Shown here one piece after another: positions 37,280-44,773 of a DNA stretch of 58,923 nt (position 1 is its first letter; every line of letters begins with the position of its first letter). The translations under genes and the position numbers were made by a program. The DNA comes from a virus (Duplodnaviria; Caudoviricetes): IMG/VR virus record IMGVR_UViG_3300046171_000010, positions 1-58,923 of that record. The stretch is one strand, 5' to 3'. The notes under the pieces are model-generated. The model was not told where the DNA came from and made no database searches. It worked only from the letters and a program-made list of their open reading frames with translations.

Positions 37280-38383
37280 TTACACCTTGTCCGCTGCGAA
37301 CATGTAGTTGTTGTTCATAGCCCACTGTGTGAACTGCTTGTTCTGCATGACCATAGACTGCTTGGTCTTGTTGTACTTACTGGCCCGAACACCGTTGGCA
37401 AACAGACTCTGGAACTCAGTGCCGAGGCGCAGCATGTAAGTCATCCACGCATCCATCCACTCACGCTCAACCGTTGACAGTGAACGGAACACCACCATGC
37501 AGGTAGCTGATGCCGATGTCGGTATCTTGGCGTTCTCTGGATCAGTCTTGATTGACTCCAATGTGGGTAGCTGGTCAGCCAGCTTGAGGAATGCCATGAA
37601 GTCCATAGCTGCGCGGGCACCGATAGTACCAATGAGTGCTGCTGTTAACGTGTCATCGTCAAGCCCATCACGGTTCTGCAAGATGTCACTCGCTGCATGC
37701 AGTGAACGTGGCGTACAGAACGCAGTCCGACCTGTTGCTTGTGGGTGGAAGATGTACTGGTTGTCATCTGGATTCGGCACATCACGGAAGTCTTGCATGA
37801 CCTGCGGATTGTCTTTGACCCAGCCGAGTATCGTGTGATCGACACCGTTGCTGATGCCCCACTCCACCCAGTCCATAGCGTCGGGCTTCTTGGTCTCAAC
37901 AACCGTCAGGCGATTCAGTTGGTGTGGCAGTAACAAGTCACCCACACCCTCACTGCCGAGGTTAGTCGTGGCGAACACAATAGAGTCTTTGTGCAGTGTG
38001 TAGCTGCCGATCTTGCGCTCCAGCATCAAACGCATCAGGGCGTTCTTCACTGCGGGGTTGGCCTTACCTAGCTCGTCGATCATCAGGATGATGGGCTTGT
38101 GATTGTGTACACCAAGCTCTTCGTTGGTCAGGTATGTCACATAGCCGGTGCCGTCATCCATCTTGGCGATGTTGGGTATCGTGATGTCACCCAAGTCCTT
38201 AGTCGTACCATCAAAGTAGCAGGGCATGTGGCTCGGCTTTGCCGCTGCGATCTCTTGCAGCATTGATGATTTACCAGAACCCATCGGCCCTTGGGCGAGG
38301 ACTGTGCGGTGTGCACCAATACCCAAGATGAGGCTGACAGTCTGATCGTTACCCAGTGCGTACATTGCTTGTGCATAGCTCAT
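37280..38383 (-). CDS. MoxR-like AAA+ ATPase
   Basis: Walker A GPMGSGKS, Walker B MIDELGKA, ATTN and TPRS motifs. SD AAAGGAG precedes the ATG at 38383. Confidence 0.85.
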   Translation of the reverse strand: MSYAQAMYALGNDQTVSLILGIGAHRTVLAQGPMGSGKSSMLQEIAAAKPSHMPCYFDGTTKDLGDITIPNIAKMDDGTGYVTYLTNEELGVHNHKPIILMIDELGKANPAVKNALMRLMLERKIGSYTLHKDSIVFATTNLGSEGVGDLLLPHQLNRLTVVETKKPDAMDWVEWGISNGVDHTILGWVKDNPQVMQDFRDVPNPDDNQYIFHPQATGRTAFCTPRSLHAASDILQNRDGLDDDTLTAALIGTIGARAAMDFMAFLKLADQLPTLESIKTDPENAKIPTSASATCMVVFRSLSTVEREWMDAWMTYMLRLGTEFQSLFANGVRASKYNKTKQSMVMQNKQFTQWAMNNNYMFAADKV

Positions 38384-38411
38384 GGCTATCTCCTTTCGTT
38401 GTGTTGTTGGT

Positions 38412-38434
38412 TTTGTGTATAAGTCATACACAAA
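38412..38434. promoter_or_regulatory. Palindrome TTTGTGTAT-N5-ATACACAAA, copy 1
   Basis: Perfect 9-bp arms; four copies in the region. Confidence 0.75.
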
Positions 38435-38475
38435 GTTGGTTAGTGATAGGCGGTATTGCCCTGTTGTGTGTAACC

Positions 38476-38504
38476 ATTATACATGGTATTTCGTGTTATG
38501 TCAA
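38476..38504 (-). promoter_or_regulatory. Consensus sigma70 early promoter
   Basis: TTGACA-taacacgaaataccatg (17 nt)-TATAAT. Confidence 0.9.
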
Positions 38505-38518
38505 AGTACCCAACGCCC

Positions 38519-39439
38519 CTAGATGTCTAGGGACGGTAAGTTGCGGATAATATCTTTGACCTCCTGTTGCTTCTCAAGACGTAGGCTCTCGCTGTTCTTG
38601 AGCGCGTCGGTGTTCACACCGTATAGCGTGTTCTCCAGTTGGTCAGCGATTGCGGTCATGCGAGTGTCGCCGGTCACATTGAAGTCACGCATCATACGTA
38701 TCAGCTCCAGCGACGTATCGAAGACGCTATCGTATAACCTGTTATACTTCTGATTACCGTTGGCATCGAACTCGTCCTTGGGCGATAGCTGACGCAGTAC
38801 AGTCTCAAGGTTCTTCTTGAGCCGCGACCAGATGTCGTTGGATACACCTTGTATCTGGGCACCGTAGAACTCGTCATACTCTTGCTTGAGTATTTCCTGC
38901 TGCTCGTTGGGTATGTCCAGAGCGAAGTGCCCAGACTCAGGTACCGGCTGTTTGGATAGCGACCACCCGAACTTCCTGCGTATCTCGTCAACCGGCGGGT
39001 ACTCGTTGTGATCGAACATGTTGCCTAGCTCTGCCATCGCAGTAGACGTGCGCCACTGGTACGCATCCTCGAACAGTTTGTAGAGCCTCCAGAACTCTTG
39101 CTCCAAACCTGTCATGTGGTTGATGTAGTCAAAGAACACAGACGTTGGTATGAACCGTAGCCCCATGTCAGACCACGGCGCAGTCATCGCGTAGTGCTCG
39201 TTGCGTGCATTGCCCACAAACTTCTTGAGATCCTCAAGCTCGGTGCACCCAGCAAGCAGGTTCTTGTTGTAGTTGCCAGCCTTGGTGGACGCACCGCTGT
39301 CACGAGCGACCTTGGCAGATGCTACCTTGTCCTTCTTGCGTGCTGTCCACACAGAGACATTGAGTTGAACCAGTATGCCGCCTGATCCGATGCTAGGTAT
39401 GTTGGCTACGTCAGGTGTAGCGGTTAGTGCTTGTTCCAT
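38519..39439 (-). CDS. DUF3150-like early protein
   Basis: LNVSVWTARKKD, PWSDMGLRF and YPPVDEIRRKF motifs; adjacent to the AAA/VWA pair. Confidence 0.65.
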   Translation of the reverse strand: MEQALTATPDVANIPSIGSGGILVQLNVSVWTARKKDKVASAKVARDSGASTKAGNYNKNLLAGCTELEDLKKFVGNARNEHYAMTAPWSDMGLRFIPTSVFFDYINHMTGLEQEFWRLYKLFEDAYQWRTSTAMAELGNMFDHNEYPPVDEIRRKFGWSLSKQPVPESGHFALDIPNEQQEILKQEYDEFYGAQIQGVSNDIWSRLKKNLETVLRQLSPKDEFDANGNQKYNRLYDSVFDTSLELIRMMRDFNVTGDTRMTAIADQLENTLYGVNTDALKNSESLRLEKQQEVKDIIRNLPSLDI

Positions 39440-39486
39440 TGGGAACTCCTTATCGTTGGTTTGTTATAGGTTCCTATAACTTTGGT

Positions 39487-39939
39487 TTAGTGAATCGTTT
39501 GCTTAGATCTGGGCAAGTACTCTGAGTAGTCACCTGCTGCGTCCAATAGTTTATGCAACCTGTCCCGCCAAGAACTTGCGGATCTACTCTCCCACTGATA
39601 CACAAGCACCGCGCTTTTACGCAATGCCATGAGGTTGACGGTGCCATAGCGTGAACTGTCGAGATACTGAACATGGTTCTTGGTGTACACACGCTCAGGC
39701 ATGTCGAGCAAACTGAACAGCGCATTGAGCCGTGACTGCGTGGTACGAGTAGGCCAGCCAGCATTGCTTACCCATAACCTCTTAACCCCATCTCGATTCG
39801 ACATGGTGGCAATACGGTTGCCGTGCAGTAACAGGTCTAGGTCACGAGTCGTGGGGTTGATCGCTGACGCGGTGTTAGCGATTGCCTTGGTGTCGCCGTT
39901 GATGAACGCACCGATAACTTCTTTCTCTATCTTACGCAT
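39487..39939 (-). CDS. Hypothetical early protein
   Basis: GAGGAG SD; LHGNRIA and GWPTRTTQSRLNAL motifs. Confidence 0.75.
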   Translation of the reverse strand: MRKIEKEVIGAFINGDTKAIANTASAINPTTRDLDLLLHGNRIATMSNRDGVKRLWVSNAGWPTRTTQSRLNALFSLLDMPERVYTKNHVQYLDSSRYGTVNLMALRKSAVLVYQWESRSASSWRDRLHKLLDAAGDYSEYLPRSKQTIH

Positions 39940-40321
39940 TACTCTTCTCCTCTAATGCTGAATTGATTACATGGTCTGTGGGCATGTTGCGCCGTGCCTC
40001 GTAGTGCAGTCGCTCGTGCTTAACAATGAACTTAGCAATCCTGTTCACGTCATCTTCGGTGTAAGTTCTTTTCCTTTCGCAAGCCGCGTCGAGCAGGTCA
40101 TCCCTAAAAATTATGGTCATGGTTACGATCATGCCGATACCGGCGACGATCATTAGTGGGCCGCAGAAACTGAACACCCAGTGCGTTGGCAGATCTGTGA
40201 CGTAGTAGCTCCACGTTCCGTAGGCACCGCCCAAAAGAATGACGGCACCCGCGAGGCTGAAGGACAAGAATTTAAGAAACGCGAGTAGGACTAGGAATAG
40301 TGTCTTTACTACATTACCCAC
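39932..40321 (-). CDS. Hypothetical membrane protein
   Basis: Two long hydrophobic segments; GGAG SD. Confidence 0.65.
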   Translation of the reverse strand: MGNVVKTLFLVLLAFLKFLSFSLAGAVILLGGAYGTWSYYVTDLPTHWVFSFCGPLMIVAGIGMIVTMTIIFRDDLLDAACERKRTYTEDDVNRIAKFIVKHERLHYEARRNMPTDHVINSALEEKSNA

Positions 40322-40544
40322 CGTATTCTCCCGACAACTTAGATGCTCTGTCCTCCAACAGCTCAGACATAGTGTCTAGCCGACCTTCTAATCCAACGCG
40401 CTCTTCGTATGACGCATCGAGGCAGTAAACGGCACTACGCATCGCGGCTACTTCTTTGAGCAGGTTGCCGATCAAGTCTAGATTCTCGGCGTTGCCCCGC
40501 ATTAGTAGAGCTTCCTGACATAGTTGCTTTCCAAGTTTTGACAT
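40314..40544 (-). CDS. Hypothetical early protein
   Basis: SD AAAGGAG precedes the ATG at 40544. Confidence 0.7.
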   Translation of the reverse strand: MSKLGKQLCQEALLMRGNAENLDLIGNLLKEVAAMRSAVYCLDASYEERVGLEGRLDTMSELLEDRASKLSGEYGG

Positions 40545-40566
40545 TGCTGTCTCCTTTCGTTGTTGG

Positions 40567-40591
40567 TTTTGTGTATAGGTCATACACAAAA
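40567..40591. promoter_or_regulatory. Palindrome TTTTGTGTAT-aggtc-ATACACAAAA, copy 2
   Basis: 10-bp arms. Confidence 0.75.
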
Positions 40592-40632
40592 AGTGAGTGA
40601 GTCGGGCAGGGATCTCCCCACCGACAAGAGAT

Positions 40633-40661
40633 ATTGTCTCACATATAACGTGTTATGTCAA
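40633..40661 (-). promoter_or_regulatory. Sigma70 early promoter
   Basis: TTGACA-taacacgttatatgtga (17 nt)-GACAAT with an extended -10 TG. Confidence 0.75.
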
Positions 40662-40685
40662 GTAGTGGTGTTTGGTGGTAGGGCG

Positions 40686-41040
40686 TGTAATGTAGCGTAA
40701 TGTAACGCAATGTAACACCGCGTGGGTCTGTAGGTCATTGAATATACAGTAAAATCCCAATATAGCTTTTTTGGGGAAATTGAATGGGTCTCAGCGTTTG
40801 TGTGGAGAGAAGGTTACATTCGCAAAAGAAGCCTTCTTTTTCCCACCCTATATATATATTTTTATAAAAAAGATACATTACATATAAATATAGAAAATTA
40901 GTCTTTTTCGCATAGTGCGTTCGTGCGATCTCGCGCCAGTTACCATTAGATACCACCAAACTAATGTAACATTTCGACCCTCAAAAAACGTTACATTAGG
41001 GGGACAAAGCGTTACAAACGATACAAAAGAAAGTTACATT
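40686..41040. other. Putative replication origin
   Basis: AATGTAAC/GTTACATT repeats in both orientations flank an AT-rich core at 40849-40900. Confidence 0.6.
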
Positions 41041-41044
41041 ACCC

Positions 41045-41153
41045 CGCACCTCTAATCTAGGAACTGGTTTCGTGGTAACGTGTTAGTTTGTGTATGATCT
41101 ATACACAAAACGTATCATCTCGTGGCGCACCTCTAATATAGGAACTGGTATCG
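41045..41153 (+). repeat. 28-bp direct repeat pair enclosing TAACGTGTTA and palindrome copy 3 (41087-41109)
   Basis: CGCACCTCTAAT(C/A)TAGGAACTGGT(T/A)TCG at 41045 and 41126. Confidence 0.85.
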
Positions 41154-41166
41154 AAAAATTCGAGAC

Positions 41167-41192
41167 AAAAAAAAGCCCCCTTGCGGGGGCTT
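41167..41192 (-). terminator. Intrinsic terminator
   Basis: GCCCCC-GCAA-GGGGGC-T8 downstream of 41213-41980. Confidence 0.9.
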
Positions 41193-41212
41193 CGGTTGGT
41201 GAGGTTGGTGGG

Positions 41213-41980
41213 TTACTTGTTACGGTGGCTCAGAGTGCGGGTTAGTCCTGCAAGTAATCCCTGCACTGATTTGCTCTCCGCGATTACAGCCTGTTCTGCC
41301 ACATCGAATGCCGCCAGCTTGTTCACCAATTCAATCAGCGTGGGGTGCTGAATCGAGCGCGGTGCTGGTGAGGTTTTGACCTCGGTTACTGGGCCGGATT
41401 CAACGTGCGTATCAGTTGAGACGCCGCCGGTTTGGGTATCCTTACCCTTGGCAGTCTGCGCCTTGGGCGCTTTGTTCGGCTTTTCTACTTTAGGCACACC
41501 CAACATGCTGTTGACTGATCCGCGAAGATTAGCCATGCCAGTGCTGATACGGTTATCGGTAGTACGCTGCGCCTTAATGAAAGCCGCCAGCGCCTTTTTC
41601 TGCGCCGCGTTCACCGGCTTTTTATTGCCTGCGCATAGTTTTAGCTTGTGCGCCTTTACCGCGTCCCTATCCATTCCAAACAATTCCAGCGTGCTAAATC
41701 CGGCGAGGCCGACGGTACCGAATCGCTCGGTGTTAGCTAACACGTATCCGCGTTGAAGCGCGTGGAATTTGGTGTTGTCGGCATACTGCGCCTTGTTGAA
41801 TGATAAATCGCCGGTATTAATCATAGGCCTTGCGCCCTTGGCCTTGATATATTGCGCCGTCTTTGGCGACCATATTAGGCCTAACAGATTAGCGCAGGCG
41901 TCCTTCTGACTGATAGCGCCAGACGCGAACGCCTGTGACTGTTCTTCGATCCCCGCGATGTTGTAGTTTGAGTTTGACAT
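41213..41980 (-). CDS. Stand-alone early hypothetical protein
   Basis: Has its own promoter, SD (TAGGA) and terminator; basic and Ala/Lys-rich. Confidence 0.75.
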   Translation of the reverse strand: MSNSNYNIAGIEEQSQAFASGAISQKDACANLLGLIWSPKTAQYIKAKGARPMINTGDLSFNKAQYADNTKFHALQRGYVLANTERFGTVGLAGFSTLELFGMDRDAVKAHKLKLCAGNKKPVNAAQKKALAAFIKAQRTTDNRISTGMANLRGSVNSMLGVPKVEKPNKAPKAQTAKGKDTQTGGVSTDTHVESGPVTEVKTSPAPRSIQHPTLIELVNKLAAFDVAEQAVIAESKSVQGLLAGLTRTLSHRNK

Positions 41981-42037
41981 GTTGTCAGTTCCTATTTTGT
42001 TGATTTACGTTGACAGAATTGCCCGCCAACGCCCCAA

Positions 42038-42066
42038 ATTATAGCGCGATAACGTGTTACATGCAA
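42038..42066 (-). promoter_or_regulatory. Sigma70 early promoter
   Basis: TTGCAT-gtaacacgttatcgcgc (17 nt)-TATAAT. Confidence 0.8.
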
Positions 42067-42099
42067 GTAATACGTGTCATATGGCGTCAAATAGTGGTT

Positions 42100-42124
42100 T
42101 TTTGTGTATAAGTCATACACAAAA
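42100..42124. promoter_or_regulatory. Palindrome TTTTGTGTAT-aagtc-ATACACAAAA, copy 4
   Basis: 10-bp arms, about 35 bp upstream of the -35 box. Confidence 0.75.
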
Positions 42125-42599
42125 CCGGCAAATCAGACCCTACCGCCCCCCTACCACCCGCGCACGTCTTGTGACTCCCGTGCATGCCTAGTATTACTAA
42201 TACGCTCAAATAATCCCTATTTCCCTGAATTTGCCTACCTTTCTTGAGGCCGTTCCCTACTAATCTCCACACAGGAAACCCCCCACCCCAAAAATAAAAG
42301 TCCCCCTGAAAAAATTTTTTGTACAGTTTTTTAGATTTTGGGCTTGAAACGTACCCTGTCCTTTTTGCCGCAAACCCACGTTTTTAAAGGGCTGTGCGGT
42401 TATTCGGGTTATTCATACCCCCCGGCACACCCGGCACGTAAATACTTGTAGAAAATTTGGTTACACAGAAACACCTACACTGGGGTGTCCAGAAAATCAC
42501 ATACATAGTGTTTTGGACTTTTTGGACTTTTCATTTGTTTGTCCTCCGTGGTTTTTGGTGTATATTCGCGCCAACGGCTACTAGCCAGCGATACAATCC

Positions 42600-43217
42600 G
42601 TGCCTATGACTTTGTTCGTCGAACCTGAAATCGGTGTACCCCTTGTGGAAGACGTACCCAATGTAGATTTGAAGGAGCGTGCGGAGGCAGCGTGCAATAC
42701 GGCGTTGCAATTAGCTGAACACGGATTAGATTTAGAGCCTACGGTAGAAGATGAAGACACCGCTGCGAGACTTGCTATCGCTTACGCTGACGATCCTGAA
42801 AAAACTTCTAAGAAGGTTACTGCAAAGAAGGCGGCGAAACTTACCCCTGCCTCCATTGTTCTAACCAACAACATCCTGCAAGAGTTCGGACATTCTGTTG
42901 CAGAAAGTGCAACGCAGATCAGATACCTAGTTACCAACAAACTGCTGTTGGAGTCAGAGAACGATGACCCACGCATACGCATACGTGCGCTGGAACTTCT
43001 GGGTAAGATCTCAGATGTAGGTTTGTTCGCGGAGAAGACAGAAGTCACGGTTACACACCAGTCTACGGAAGACCTACGTAATAAGTTACGAGGTAAGCTG
43101 GAGAAGCTGGTACAGCCTGTAGACGACATAGCAGAGGGCGACTACGAAGATGTAGTGCTTGATGGCTCAGTGTTGAATATAGAAGAGACATTCGGTCTTG
43201 AAGAATACGATGATTGA
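42600..43217 (+). CDS. Putative terminase small subunit
   Basis: RIRALELLGK motif; lies immediately upstream of TerL. Confidence 0.65.
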   Translation: MPMTLFVEPEIGVPLVEDVPNVDLKERAEAACNTALQLAEHGLDLEPTVEDEDTAARLAIAYADDPEKTSKKVTAKKAAKLTPASIVLTNNILQEFGHSVAESATQIRYLVTNKLLLESENDDPRIRIRALELLGKISDVGLFAEKTEVTVTHQSTEDLRNKLRGKLEKLVQPVDDIAEGDYEDVVLDGSVLNIEETFGLEEYDD

Positions 43218-44764
43218 GGCCGTTCCCGACTTTAGCGAAGAAGAAGTCCAGAATATGCTGGATAACCTCGACGCTTTTTCTGATGACGAGGTTGTAGAGA
43301 TAAATCGTATCGTCGATGAGCTTGCAGCACGGCAGGCTAACCAAGCGGCGTACGATGACCTGATAGAATTCTGCAAACGCATGCAGCCAGACTACATTGT
43401 GGGCAAGCACCACCGCATGTTAGCTGACATGTTGATGGATATTGAGAAGGGTAGGAAGGATCGCATCTGCGTGAACATCCCACCACGCCACGGCAAGTCC
43501 CAACTTGTCTCTATTTTCTTCCCAGCATGGTTTTTAGGGCGAAATCCCGGCAAAAAGGTGATGATGGTGTCGCACACCACCGACTTGGCTGTAGATTTTG
43601 GTCGTAAGGTGCGAAATCTCATCTCTACAGACGCCTATCAGGCCATTTTCTCCACTGTACAGCTTGCAAGCGACTCAAAATCGGCTGGTAGATGGAATAC
43701 CAACTCCGGCGGCGAGTATTATGCGTGTGGTGTTGGCTCTGCACTGGCTGGTCGTGGTGCTGACTTACTATTAATTGATGACCCACACTCAGAACAAGAC
43801 GTGATTAACGGTAATTTTGCTGTTTTTGAGAAAGCATACGAGTGGTTCACGTTTGGTGCCCGTACTCGCCTGATGCCGGGAGGCCGTGTAGCCATAATTC
43901 AGACCCGATGGCACATGGATGACCTGACTGGGCGTGTTGTACGTGACATGACGCAGAATGAAAGGGCGGATGAGTACGAGATCGTCGAATTTCCTGCGAT
44001 ACTGGAGGTTGAGGACGAGGAGACGGAGGAGATCGTCGAGAAACCCCTCTGGCCTGAGTTTTTTGACCTAGAGGCACTACTGCGGACTAAGGCATCTATG
44101 CCTACATTCCAGTGGAACGCGCAGTATCAGCAGACACCCACGGCGGAAGAGGCTGCGCTGGTCAAGCGGGAGTGGTGGCAGATCTGGGATCAGGAACGGC
44201 CTCCGAGTTGTGAGTACATAATCATGTCACTGGACGCAGCGGCAGAGAAGCACAACCGTGCTGACTTTACGGCACTGACTACGTGGGGCGTGTTCCTGTA
44301 CGAAGAGACGGGCAACTACAACATCATCCTGCTCAACAGCATCAAGCAGCGGATGGAGTTTCCAGAGCTAAAAGACATGGCACTGGAGGAGTATAACGAG
44401 TGGGAACCCTGATGCGTTCATCGTGGAGAAGAAGTCATCGGGTACGGCGCTGTACCAAGAGATGCGCCGGATGGGACTGCCTGTTTCAGAGTATACCCCT
44501 CACAGGGGATCAGGTGATAAGTTAGCACGTCTGAACTCAGTATCTGATATTGTAGCGTCTGGTTTGGTGTGGGTACCTCCCACACGGTGGGCGGAAGAGG
44601 TAGTTGAGGAGATTGCCGGGTTTCCGTTTATGAGCCATGATGACTTGGTTGACTCTACAGTCATGGCACTCATGCGCTTCAGGCAGGGTGGGTTTATACG
44701 ACTACCGACAGATGAGCCTGAAGAACAAAGATACTTTAAGTCGCGGCGGGGCGGCTTCTACTAG
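43210..44764 (+). CDS. terL: Terminase large subunit (apparent frameshift at 44407-44409)
   Basis: PPRHGKS, LLIDDP, QTRWH, SLDAA and HDDLVDS motifs. Removing one C restores WEPDAFIVEKKSSG. Confidence 0.92.
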
Positions 44765-44773
44765 AGACAGATT

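Noticed and set aside
41045-41153. 28-bp repeat pair as a mini-CRISPR
   Set aside because: There are only two copies, the 53-nt spacer consists of regulatory motifs found elsewhere in the region, and there is no cas operon. The Cas4-like nuclease is an ordinary phage replication gene.
42538-42566. Late promoter TTGTCC-16-TATATT upstream of TerS
   Set aside because: The match is weak and not repeated before other late genes, so I cannot support it.
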